From: Nitrosopumilus sp.
GTDB taxonomy: Archaea > Thermoproteota > Nitrososphaeria > Nitrososphaerales > Nitrosopumilaceae
Assembly: GCA_965223425.1 (NCBI GenBank)
Contig: OZ245003.1
Coordinates: forward strand, 1 to 64,000
Direction of reading: 5' to 3'
Length of the DNA: 64,000 nucleotides
Shown here: piece by piece, positions 43,230 through 52,920 of the stretch
Layout of the letters: each line of letters starts with the position of its first letter
Position numbering within the stretch: the first letter of the stretch is position 1
The notes under the pieces: generated by a model
Seen by the model: only the letters and a program-made list of their open reading frames with translations
Database searches by the model: none
What the model was told of the DNA's origin: nothing
Position numbers and translations under genes: made by a program

Positions 43230-44069
43230 TTGAGCAAGATAAAGCCATCTGAATATAAAAGACGAAACATGGCAATTTGGAATGAGGTTGCACCGAGATA
43301 TCACAAAAGGTGGGCTTCTGCTAACAACGGACCGTTTCAGAGTACAAAAAAGTTAGTAGAATTGGTCGATATCAAAAAAGGAGACAGGGTTCTTGATGTT
43401 GCATGTGGAACAGGCGTTGTAACTAAAAAAATTAGAGAGAAGGTTGGTAATTCAGGATATGTCATAGGCGCAGATACCTCGATTACTGCAATAAGGATAG
43501 CAAAAAAATGGAATATAAAAAAATCAAATTCAGATTTTGTAAATATTGATGCAGAAAGATTTAGTTTTTCACAAAAATTTGATATTGTTACTTGTCAGTA
43601 TGCACTGTTTTTCTTTCCAAATTCTCAAAAAGCATTAATGAATATGAAAAATAGCCTCAAAAAAACAGGCAAGTTGGGAATCTCAGTTCATGGGAACAAG
43701 GTTCCATTTTTTAGCAATATTTTAGATTCAGTTACTAAGTTTATTCCAGATTACGTTCCACCTGGATCACCAAACCTTGATAGATTTGGAACAAAGTCTG
43801 CATTACGAGATGAGATCAGTAAGGCGGGATTCTCAAAAATTTCAGTAAAAGAATTTGTTTTTCAATATGGTCCCGGAAGATTTGAGGATTATTGGAGAAA
43901 TTATACCAAGTACATTGCAAAACCGCTAAAAGAGAAACTAAACGAGTTGGAATTTTCAAAAAGGAGAGAGCTAAAACGGCTAGTAAAAGAAAAAACAGTT
44001 CAATACACAAGGAAAGATGGAAAAATTCAATTCCCATGGCAAGTTTTAATTTTAACAGCAAAACACTAG
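43230..44069 (+). CDS. Class I SAM methyltransferase (UbiE-like)
   Basis: VLDVACGTG, FDIVTCQYALFFFP. Confidence 0.9.
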   Translation: MSKIKPSEYKRRNMAIWNEVAPRYHKRWASANNGPFQSTKKLVELVDIKKGDRVLDVACGTGVVTKKIREKVGNSGYVIGADTSITAIRIAKKWNIKKSNSDFVNIDAERFSFSQKFDIVTCQYALFFFPNSQKALMNMKNSLKKTGKLGISVHGNKVPFFSNILDSVTKFIPDYVPPGSPNLDRFGTKSALRDEISKAGFSKISVKEFVFQYGPGRFEDYWRNYTKYIAKPLKEKLNELEFSKRRELKRLVKEKTVQYTRKDGKIQFPWQVLILTAKH

Positions 44070-44088
44070 AAATTCAGACAAGATAGAA

Positions 44089-44568
44089 ATGGCCAGAGAC
44101 AAAAAGAGGAAGGAAGAAAAACCAAAAAAATCAGATTTTAAAGCATTTCTCAAAAAAAGGGCTCCGATATATCTTGGCTTGATCGCTTTGTTTGTAGTGT
44201 TTGTAGTTCCTGAATTAACAAAAGGCAATCTAGAAAGTAGTCTGCCAGAACTTTCATCTGAAGAACAACAGATAGCAGACATCTTGATGGGATATAACGG
44301 ACCAAACGAGTCTGGATTAACTGTAATGGATGCAATTGCAGATAAAATTAGTGAAGAATATCCGGATGAGAAAATATTTGATAACAAAAAAACCAAGGTA
44401 TCTCTAACTGTTTCAAATATTGATCCTGAGAGTCATCAGGTTGTTTTTAATTTTGTATCACATAAAGGAGAAATGAATTATGATTGGAATGTAGATACAT
44501 CTGGAAAAATTACAGCAAATAATGCTGAATCAAAATATATTATTGATTTGGTAGACTTTTATGATTAG
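44089..44568 (+). CDS. Hypothetical membrane-anchored protein
   Basis: Basic N-terminus + TM + acidic domain. Confidence 0.75.
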   Translation: MARDKKRKEEKPKKSDFKAFLKKRAPIYLGLIALFVVFVVPELTKGNLESSLPELSSEEQQIADILMGYNGPNESGLTVMDAIADKISEEYPDEKIFDNKKTKVSLTVSNIDPESHQVVFNFVSHKGEMNYDWNVDTSGKITANNAESKYIIDLVDFYD

Positions 44569-44593
44569 AAGATTTTGAGACAAAAAAACAGGC

Positions 44594-45658
44594 TCAGATT
44601 GTGACTAAATCTTTAGTAAACTTGTGCATTACAATTGGTCTTTCCTTTACAATAAGCGAATCTTCAATTCTAATTCCAAATTTATTTTCAATATAGATTC
44701 CGGGTTCTACGGTGATTGCCATGTTTTTTTTTAGTTTTGTATCACTTTGATATGAAACAGTTGGAAGTTCATGTACCTCTAGTCCTATTCCATGTCCGGT
44801 AGAATGAATAAAATATTGACCAAAATTTTTCTCTTCAATGTAGTTTCTGCATGCAGAATCTATATCCTTACAATTTACATTTGGTTTAGCCGCTTTGAGA
44901 CCTAGCTTTTGAGATTCTTTGACAATTTCATATGCTTCACTTGCTTGAGAGGAAATTTTTCCAACTGCAAATGTTCTTGTTGCATCAGAGACATATCCCT
45001 TGTATCTTAATGTAAGATCAGTTACTATAAGATCACCTTTTTTGAATTTTCTTTGAGTTACTTGAGCATGAGGTAAAGCACCATTTGGACCTCCAGCAAT
45101 GATAAGAGGGTTAAGTGTAGATTTGTATCCGGTATCAAACATTTGTTGATCCATTGCATATGTCATCAAAATTGTCTGTAATTCTGACTCTTTTTGACCT
45201 ACTTTGATCTTTTTTGAGCAAATTTCGAACATTTCATCGATTATTTTAGAGGCTCTTTTGAGAACCTGAATTTCTTTTTCATCTTTGACTATTCTAGAAT
45301 TGTAAAATGGCTCAGCAGATGATTTTATTTTCGGAATGGATTTTTTCAAAGACGTCATGACAGAGTAATTTTGACAGTCAGTACAAACTCGTTTTTTCTT
45401 AATTTTTTCAATAAGAGAAGAAATCAGACCTGTTCCACGTTCTGCAGTGATTACATTACAGTCTTCAGACTCTTCTTTTGCTCGACTTGCTTCAAGTTCT
45501 GGAGCAATAATGGTTGTTTTTCCACTTTTTTCAAGTAATCCTATTGCCTCACCCCAAAATCCAGTCATGTAAAACAAATTTTCAGGCTCAAATGTGACGA
45601 TTGTGTCACAGTCAATCTTTTGGGCATGTTTTAGAAGGTTCTTTCTTCTTTGTTTCAC
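44594..45658 (-). CDS. Xaa-Pro aminopeptidase (M24)
   Basis: HSTGHGIGLEVHE, TVEPGIY, GIRIED; GTG start at 45658 preferred. Confidence 0.94.
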   Translation of the reverse strand: MKQRRKNLLKHAQKIDCDTIVTFEPENLFYMTGFWGEAIGLLEKSGKTTIIAPELEASRAKEESEDCNVITAERGTGLISSLIEKIKKKRVCTDCQNYSVMTSLKKSIPKIKSSAEPFYNSRIVKDEKEIQVLKRASKIIDEMFEICSKKIKVGQKESELQTILMTYAMDQQMFDTGYKSTLNPLIIAGGPNGALPHAQVTQRKFKKGDLIVTDLTLRYKGYVSDATRTFAVGKISSQASEAYEIVKESQKLGLKAAKPNVNCKDIDSACRNYIEEKNFGQYFIHSTGHGIGLEVHELPTVSYQSDTKLKKNMAITVEPGIYIENKFGIRIEDSLIVKERPIVMHKFTKDLVTI

Positions 45659-45729
45659 ACAAAAACACACCTCTTTCACAATTTATGTATGATGCAAAGT
45701 TTGTATATGGAAATTTAGTGTAGATCGTT

Positions 45730-46743
45730 GTGACAGAAGAAAAAGAGAAGAAGAAAGTGGTTGCGTTGCTGTCAGGAGGTTTAGATAGTCAGCTTGCAGT
45801 AAGAATGATGCAAGAACAGGGCTTTGACGTTTCAGCTGTTGCAATAAAAACTCCTTTTTGTGATTTTGATTGTGGAAGGGGATGCGGATTTGAAATTAGA
45901 GAAAGGGCAGATGATCTTGATGTAAATTTAAAGACTGTTTATCTTGGTGATGAATACATTGAGATGTTAAAACATCCAAAACATGGAACTGGTGCAGGTT
46001 TTAACCCATGTATTGACTGTCGTGCTATGATGTTTGATGCTGCAAAGAAACACATGGAAGAAATTGGTGCAGAATTTATTATTTCAGGAGAGGTGTTAGG
46101 CCAGCGTCCAATGAGCCAGCACGGACCAGCATTAAGAACTATTGAGAAAGAATCAGATCTTGTTGGAAAAATTGTAAGACCACTGTCAGCTGCATTACTG
46201 CCAGAAACAGATCCTGAAAAAGAAGGGTTGATCAAAAGAGAGAATTTGGGAATGATCAAAGGCAGAACAAGAAGAAATCAGTTACAGATGGCAAAAGAGT
46301 ATGGAATCGAAAACCCGCCTAATGCAGGAGGAGGTTGTTTGCTAACAGAGCCACAATTTGGAATTAAGGCAAAAGATCTGTTTGAACATATTGAAACTCC
46401 AACAATTAACGATGTTGATTTGTTAAAAATTGGTAGGCATTTTAGGTTAGATGAGGAAACAAAGTTTGTTGTTGGGAGAAATAAGGATGAAAACGAAATG
46501 ATCAAAGCAATAGCGTTGCCAGGGGATATTTTACTTGAAGCTAAAGATTACGTAGGGCCAATTTCAATTCTGCGTGGCAAGAATGCACCAACACATGTAA
46601 AATTTGCATCGTCTGTAACATTAAGATATTCAGATGCACCAAAAAACCAGCTTGGAATTGTTTTAGCAAAAAATGGGAACGTAGCTGAAGAAATAAGCAT
46701 TGAAAGTGCGATGGAAGAGTCATACATTAAATTTAGAATTTAG
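45730..46743 (+). CDS. ThiI-like PP-loop tRNA thiolation protein
   Basis: SGGLDS, PCIDCR, GEVLGQRPMSQ, GGGCLLT. Confidence 0.85.
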   Translation: MTEEKEKKKVVALLSGGLDSQLAVRMMQEQGFDVSAVAIKTPFCDFDCGRGCGFEIRERADDLDVNLKTVYLGDEYIEMLKHPKHGTGAGFNPCIDCRAMMFDAAKKHMEEIGAEFIISGEVLGQRPMSQHGPALRTIEKESDLVGKIVRPLSAALLPETDPEKEGLIKRENLGMIKGRTRRNQLQMAKEYGIENPPNAGGGCLLTEPQFGIKAKDLFEHIETPTINDVDLLKIGRHFRLDEETKFVVGRNKDENEMIKAIALPGDILLEAKDYVGPISILRGKNAPTHVKFASSVTLRYSDAPKNQLGIVLAKNGNVAEEISIESAMEESYIKFRI

Positions 46744-46816
46744 GCGTGAAATTTTTTAAAAATTAGTTAGAACTAAGGAAGAGTTTTTGAGGAAGTAGAT
46801 CACATTTTCAGCAAGG

Positions 46817-47095
46817 ATGCAAAAACAAGAAAACCCAACATATCTAAAGGCCATAACGATTAGGGACATCAGTGATGTCCATTCTATCAAAGAAGACATC
46901 AAAAAAGGAATGATTTTGATTCTAAGAGTTACACCGTTAGCACAAAAAGATGTGGAACAACTTCGTAAAGTAGTTGAAGAGTTGTATTCTATTGCAAAAA
47001 CCGCCGGTGCAGATATTGCAAGACTGGGAGAGGAAAGAATTATTGTTGCTCCATCTAGTATAAAAATCTGGAAACCAGAATATGATCTAAAATAA
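46817..47095 (+). CDS. sepF: SepF family protein
   Basis: GMILILRVTPL..GADIARLGEERIIVAP. Confidence 0.8.
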   Translation: MQKQENPTYLKAITIRDISDVHSIKEDIKKGMILILRVTPLAQKDVEQLRKVVEELYSIAKTAGADIARLGEERIIVAPSSIKIWKPEYDLK

Positions 47096-49024
47096 TTTTA
47101 TTGCTTCCTGAATTTGAGGATAGTGAGCTGGAACCCTATACATTCGTCTGATGTTCATGGCTAGGTTTTCAGATTTTTTTCGTTCACCGTGGTTAACTAG
47201 AACCCTTCGAAGTTTTGGTCTCAGCCTTTGTACAAAGGACATCAATTGGTTGTAATCACTGTGACCACTGAATCCATCTAGTTTTTCAACGCCGCAGTTG
47301 ATAGTGACAACTTCAATTTTGCCTCCTTTTCCTAGCATAGATACTTGTTTAGAACCATCAAGAACTCTTCTTCCTAGAGTTCCATTAACCTGGTAAGAAA
47401 CAAACAATACCTTGTTCTTTTTGTCAGGAGAGATATTTTTGAAGTATTCTAAGACAGGGCCGCCTTCCAACATTCCTGATGTTGCCAAGATAATACACGG
47501 TGAGTTTTCTCTCATTGGCTCTTCCCTAGAGTCTGCATGCTCGATATTTGTAAAGTATTCAGAATCAAATGGGTTATCATCAGTTTCTAAGATTTTTTGT
47601 TTGAGTTCTCTTGCTAGATATTCTGGATAGGATTCATGAATGGCTGATGCTTCAGAAATCATCCCTTCCGTAAATACCGGTGCCTCGATCATTTGACCTG
47701 ATTTCATATAATGATCAATTACCATCATAATTTCTTGTGCACGACCAACTGCTGGAATGGGTATCAGAACTTTGCCTCCATCTGCCAAAGTATTGTTTAC
47801 TGCATTAATGAAAGCAGATTCTACCTCCTGTCTGCTTGGTTGAATGTCCTCTTTAAGACCATATGTACTTTCGATCAACAATGTCTCTACTCTTGGAAAA
47901 TTCCAACTAGCAGCTTCAAACAAGATACTTTTTCCAAATTTTATATCACCTGAATAAACAAAATTATGATTGCCATTTCCAATGTGAAAGTGACATAGCG
48001 CAGAACCTAGAATATGGCCCGCATTTGCAAGAACTAATTTTATGTCAGGAGAAACATCAGTAACAGTTCCATATGGTAAAGTAATTGCTTGTCTCATAAC
48101 TTGTTTAACATCTCGTTCTGAATAAATTGGGGTTCTGCCTTGTGCGGCAGCTACTTTGATTGCATCTAATTGAATTAGATTCATCATAGGAAGGGTTGGC
48201 TCCGTACAATAGATGGGACCCTTGTAACCATACTTGCACAGCGTAGGTAAGAATCCGGTATGATCCAAATGTGCATGTCCTATTACTACTGCATCAAGTT
48301 CATCTAACGTTAAATTTAGAGAGTCCAGTCTTGGATACGCATCCATTGGTGAGCGCGCACCGGGATTGATTCCACAGTCAATTAGGATTTTGCTTTCAGG
48401 AGTAGATAACAATAAAGAAGATCTGCCAACTTGGCCAAATCCGCCAAGTGTATAAAGAGAGACTTCGGTTCGTTCGGACAATCTTGGTCTAAAGATTTCA
48501 TCACCGACCTGTTTAAGCTGTTTACTTCGCTCAGAAGAGTATTGTTTTAGAGTTGCATTGATTGTTTGGATTGTTCGTGAAGGTATGGTTGTGGCCTTTC
48601 TAACGCGTATTTTCCATCCTATTTTCTCAGTAACTTCAGCATGATTGAATTCCTTTGCATCTCTTTGTAGCAACCAGGGTCTTTTGGCTTCAACTGAAAC
48701 CTCACCAGTAGCAGTATCAAAGATGACTCCCTGTAGATTTGCATCCTTTGGAACACAATCGGCAAGAATTCGTCTAGCCTCATCTTCAGGTTTTCTAATT
48801 GATTTATCAGTCCTTACAACAATTCTTTTTTTAATTACATTGACAAGATTTGATATTGTTTCATTATTTTCCATCAAGTAGCGAGGGGTGTTTGTATAAA
48901 GAGCAATTCGCGGCCCCTCATATTCTATTTTTGTAATGTTTGCGTCTTTGGGAATACTTTGCAGTATGGTGGCCATTACATTTTGGCTGGAAGGTATTTC
49001 TTTTTGTTGTTGTTTTCTTTGCAT
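47087..49024 (-). CDS. beta-CASP ribonuclease aCPSF1 (FttA)
   Basis: KH domains, HAHLDH, AGHILGS, GFSGHSD, HGE; ATG at 49024. Confidence 0.95.
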   Translation of the reverse strand: MQRKQQQKEIPSSQNVMATILQSIPKDANITKIEYEGPRIALYTNTPRYLMENNETISNLVNVIKKRIVVRTDKSIRKPEDEARRILADCVPKDANLQGVIFDTATGEVSVEAKRPWLLQRDAKEFNHAEVTEKIGWKIRVRKATTIPSRTIQTINATLKQYSSERSKQLKQVGDEIFRPRLSERTEVSLYTLGGFGQVGRSSLLLSTPESKILIDCGINPGARSPMDAYPRLDSLNLTLDELDAVVIGHAHLDHTGFLPTLCKYGYKGPIYCTEPTLPMMNLIQLDAIKVAAAQGRTPIYSERDVKQVMRQAITLPYGTVTDVSPDIKLVLANAGHILGSALCHFHIGNGNHNFVYSGDIKFGKSILFEAASWNFPRVETLLIESTYGLKEDIQPSRQEVESAFINAVNNTLADGGKVLIPIPAVGRAQEIMMVIDHYMKSGQMIEAPVFTEGMISEASAIHESYPEYLARELKQKILETDDNPFDSEYFTNIEHADSREEPMRENSPCIILATSGMLEGGPVLEYFKNISPDKKNKVLFVSYQVNGTLGRRVLDGSKQVSMLGKGGKIEVVTINCGVEKLDGFSGHSDYNQLMSFVQRLRPKLRRVLVNHGERKKSENLAMNIRRMYRVPAHYPQIQEAIKLF

Positions 49025-49031
49025 TAAATCA

Positions 49032-49664
49032 CTAAAGTTCGATGACTGCTTTCTTTTGCTCATCGGTCAAAAGACGGAATCCGTCTTTATCCATAATTGC
49101 GACGTTTATTCCGTCGCCGGTGCCAATATTTCTAACTATTGCAGCTTTAACAGCTCGTAGAGCTATTTTTTTTGCATCTTCAACTGTAAGATCCTCTTGA
49201 TATTCCTCTTCAAGTAAACCATAAGCTACTGGTGAACCACTACCAGTTGTGACATATGATTTCTCTTCAACTGAACCAAACATATCTATGTTGAACAATG
49301 CAGGACCGTTTGCATCATAACCGCCAACCAAGATATCAGCCATGAATGGATAGCCTCTATTTTGATGGAATATCAATGAACAAAGTCGTGCAAGTGAATG
49401 AATTGAGATTGGATCTTGTTTTTCAACCCTATGAAGATTAGAGTGATAACGTAAAATATCAACAATATTTTGTGCGTCTGCCACACCGCCGGCCAATGTC
49501 AATCCGGCATGCAAGTCAATTTTTTGAATTTTCATTGTGTTGTTATTTGCAATAAAATAACCTGCGCTTGCTCTCATATCGGCACATAATACGATACCGT
49601 CTTTGGCCTTGATACCTACAGTGGTAGTCCCGTGCAGAATTTTTTCTTCAACATTGTTTGACAA
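49032..49664 (-). CDS. psmB: Proteasome subunit beta
   Basis: HG|TTTVG, ADMRAS, TGSGSP.AYGLLE. Confidence 0.96.
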   Translation of the reverse strand: MSNNVEEKILHGTTTVGIKAKDGIVLCADMRASAGYFIANNNTMKIQKIDLHAGLTLAGGVADAQNIVDILRYHSNLHRVEKQDPISIHSLARLCSLIFHQNRGYPFMADILVGGYDANGPALFNIDMFGSVEEKSYVTTGSGSPVAYGLLEEEYQEDLTVEDAKKIALRAVKAAIVRNIGTGDGINVAIMDKDGFRLLTDEQKKAVIEL

Positions 49665-49740
49665 AAATACACCTATTAAGATAAAGTAGGTGGCATGTCA
49701 CCCTTTTAAATAACTTTTTGATCCCTTGAAATAATAAATA

Positions 49741-50805
49741 ATGACAAAAAACCAAGATCGCATGCAATCACATACGATGGAATTGCCCAGGCTCATTGAA
49801 ATTGGCGAGAAAAACATTGGAGATTTTGGAAAATTTCTAAATTCATTAAGCAAGCCAAAAAAGGTTTCTTTAATATCGGGTACAAATGTTCAAAAAGTTT
49901 TAAGGAAGAAAATTGAGAAATCACTCAAATCAAAAAAAATTCAATTTGTATGGCATACATCAAAAGATAGTCAGATAAAATCATTAAATCAAATTCAAAA
50001 AGCTGTTAAAAAAGACAATCCTGATTTGATTGCGGGCATTGGTGGAGGCCGCTCTGTAGATACGGCAAAAATGATTTCATATAATTTAGACAAACCATTT
50101 GTAAGCTTACCAACTGCAGCTTCACATGATGGAATGGCAAGTCCGTTTGTTTCTGTAAAGAGTGACAAACCACATTCAATTGTGGCATCTGCACCTATGG
50201 GTGTTTTTGTAGATATTGATGTGATCAAAAAAGCTCCCGCTAGACTATTAGCTAGTGGGTGCGGAGATCTTGTTGCAAATACCATAGCAGTAAAAGATTG
50301 GCAGCTAGGTCATCAAAAGAAAAAGGAGTACTATGGCAGATATGCAGCAGACTTGGCCTTGATGAGTGCCAAAATAGTTATGGAAAATTCTTCCAGATTT
50401 GCGAAGAATGGGCTAGATGCAAGAGTAGTTGTGGAAGGATTGATCAGTGCAGGAGTAGCATCATGTATTGCAGGAAGTAGCAGGCCGTGCTCCGGAGCTG
50501 AACATCTTTTTTCACATGCACTTGATAAAATTGCCCCAGGTGTTGGGCTTCATGGAGAAAAGTGTGGAATTGGTTCCATAATGATGGCAAAATTACAAGG
50601 ACAAGATTGGAAAAAAATTGTAAAGACGTTGAAAGATGTTAAAGCTCCAACAACTGCAAAACAAATTGGTCTTGAACCAGACGTGATAATAAAAGCTCTA
50701 ACCATTGCACAAGATCTAAGACCAAAAAGGTATACAATTCTGAAAGAAATCAAAATGACGGAAAAAAGAGCGCAAAGTCTTGCTAAGAGTACCAGAGTAA
50801 TTTGA
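49741..50805 (+). CDS. egsA: sn-glycerol-1-phosphate dehydrogenase
   Basis: GIGGGRSVD, PTAASHDG, SRPCSGAEHLFSH, LHGE. Confidence 0.95.
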   Translation: MTKNQDRMQSHTMELPRLIEIGEKNIGDFGKFLNSLSKPKKVSLISGTNVQKVLRKKIEKSLKSKKIQFVWHTSKDSQIKSLNQIQKAVKKDNPDLIAGIGGGRSVDTAKMISYNLDKPFVSLPTAASHDGMASPFVSVKSDKPHSIVASAPMGVFVDIDVIKKAPARLLASGCGDLVANTIAVKDWQLGHQKKKEYYGRYAADLALMSAKIVMENSSRFAKNGLDARVVVEGLISAGVASCIAGSSRPCSGAEHLFSHALDKIAPGVGLHGEKCGIGSIMMAKLQGQDWKKIVKTLKDVKAPTTAKQIGLEPDVIIKALTIAQDLRPKRYTILKEIKMTEKRAQSLAKSTRVI

Positions 50806-50806
50806 T

Positions 50807-51553
50807 TTAAGCGGTAGTTTGTTCAGGTGCTTTTTCTTTTATTTCAGGTTTTTTTTCCCGAGTTTGTTTGTTAACGTGCGTTTCTACAAAGCTTACTTTA
50901 CTTAAAGTTGGAACAAATTTGAGAATATCTAATTGAATAAAGTATTTCATCATTTGTAAACCGTCTGAACGGAAAATTTCCTCAGGAATTGTAATGTTTA
51001 CATCTTTGTCCTTCAAGTCAAATGCAATTTTTGAGTCTTCCACAGGTATCTTATTTTTAAGAATTCCATCAATCTTGTCATTCGGGGAATCCAATGATTT
51101 TATTACATTTACATCAAACAGAATTGTTTTACCAGCATATCTGTGGTTGTAATCTATTTGGATCCTACCAGAGCCAATAAAACGAATAATTCCTATTTTG
51201 TCATCAACCTCAACTGTGTCACCCACTGAAACTTTTTCTGCATCTTCACCTAATTTCCTACTAGGAATCATTCTAACTTTTTTAGAGTCTCTTTCACCAA
51301 ATCCTTTCTCAGGCGTAACTTCAACCGTAAGTTTGTCTCCGACAGATGTTTTTGCAAGTGCTTCATCCAATCCTTTTAGAACAGGGTAAGACACTTCGCC
51401 AATCGATACTAGTTTTGGTTTATACTTTACATTTTGCTCATGAATAGAATATTTTTTTGCATCTGCTTCAAGAGTGGTATCAAACACTTCTTCACTGTCT
51501 TTTACCTTTGCAGTATAGTCTACTAGAACCAATGAACCTTTATCGAAAGTCAA
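50807..51553 (-). CDS. FKBP-type peptidyl-prolyl isomerase (SlyD-like)
   Basis: VFDTT, PEKGFGER, DYNHRYAGKT. Confidence 0.92.
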   Translation of the reverse strand: MTFDKGSLVLVDYTAKVKDSEEVFDTTLEADAKKYSIHEQNVKYKPKLVSIGEVSYPVLKGLDEALAKTSVGDKLTVEVTPEKGFGERDSKKVRMIPSRKLGEDAEKVSVGDTVEVDDKIGIIRFIGSGRIQIDYNHRYAGKTILFDVNVIKSLDSPNDKIDGILKNKIPVEDSKIAFDLKDKDVNITIPEEIFRSDGLQMMKYFIQLDILKFVPTLSKVSFVETHVNKQTREKKPEIKEKAPEQTTA

Positions 51554-51808
51554 TGTGATCGGTCTCGAATTTCCTTATATTAAGTTACCATATATCATCT
51601 GAAGTTCGTAAATGAAAAACTAGTTACGATCGTTTTTTAAAAATTATTTAACCACTTTCAGATGTAACGATCATTGTAATTTATTGTTAAAGTTATGCCT
51701 ATATGAATATCATAGTAATGGTGTCATTATTTTTGAACCGAGTTTGAAGAAAAAATTGTGGAATCAGTTATACCCACATTTATCTTATGCTTGCGGGGGA
51801 GATTGTAA

Positions 51809-51911
51809 CTGGATAATTCACAAATAGAAAATACTATCAACGAGATCCGTAAGCGTAGCGATACAGTCATGGCTTTCAATAAAGATAAAATTTCAAGTGA
51901 TTTTTACAAAT
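51809..51911 (+). pseudogene. ATP-cone fragment (ribonucleotide reductase N-terminus-like)
   Basis: DNSQIENTINEIRKRSDTVMAFNKDKISSDFYK matches the ATP-cone pattern IxKRxG...FxxxKI; similarity ends after about 35 codons. Confidence 0.5.
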
Positions 51912-51959
51912 CAAGAAATTTGTCAGAATTTTCAATAAGGAAAAAATTTATCGAGATTA

Positions 51960-52501
51960 GTGGAGATTATTTTGGTTAAAAAACAAAGTGACAAACAAGT
52001 TAAAAAGATCTTGAGAAAAATTAATGTTTTAATTTTAGGTTCAGGACAACCAAAAAGTGAATTAACATTTAGAAAAGAGATCAAAATGAGGCTAAAAAAA
52101 CATGGAATTAATGCGATTGTTATGGAAGAGCAAAAACAAGCTAAACGTAACATTACACATATAGATAAATTCAATGATCTTTTAGGAGAGAAAAATTTGT
52201 TGTGTATTTCAATCCATACACCAAAAGGATCTCCATTGGGAGTTACTTTTGAAATAGGTTATTTGTGCGGACGATATTGGCATAGTAAAAATGGACAAAA
52301 AAACTTAAAGACCAGCTAGGATTTTTATTTTCTAAAAAACGTCCAAGATATGAAATAATGACATCATATATACACTCGGGATTATTTGTTGATGGAACTA
52401 TAGAAATGCAAAATGAATATGGCTCGATTACAGATATTGTAAAGTACATAGAAGCATGGACAAAAAATAGAGCAGAAAAATTAGGAATGCTTAAACGATA
52501 A
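51960..52501 (+). pseudogene. TIR/nucleoside-deoxyribosyltransferase-like protein, split by a -1 frameshift
   Basis: VLILGSG..GSPLGVTFEIGYLCG; continues in the -1 frame after the A7 run at 52297-52303 to TAA at 52501. Confidence 0.55.
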
Positions 52502-52920
52502 AAAACCTAGTGTGCCATTTGTAGATGTTCTTGTTTGTTATGTACTGCATGTTGTACTTTATCACCAATAGGGGATAGTTTTATTCTATATATACCGTCT
52601 ATCGAAAATGTTTCAAAAATTAATCCCTTCATACTCATTTCCTTAAGATATTTTTCAAAGTTTTTCTTTGTCACTTTTGCATCCAAGCATGAATCCACAA
52701 CTTTATGTAATTCGCTGTGTATAGTCTAGAGCAAAAGTTCTTGAGATCAAATATGTTAGACAGAAATACATTTTGATCACGCCGCACCACGCATTACAAT
52801 GCCCACAGTAAAATCCGAAGACCTGAAGAAAGCGTACAGGAGGGAGAAGAATCCTCGTGTCAAGATCAGAATGGCGGCCGTAAACATGGTGTGCATGAAC
52901 AATGAAAGCATTCAACATGT

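Larger units (their letters stand above)
41365..43233 (+). pseudogene. Small (~60 aa) gene disrupted by frameshift, IS66 insertion and nonsense codon
   Basis: With IS66 and one A removed: MKNSDLKKLISQCKEVREEQKKKHAGNFKLSNMLKEI*HGYFHETARTLKSDLNDFKEN; overlaps coaBC stop and next start. Confidence 0.55.
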
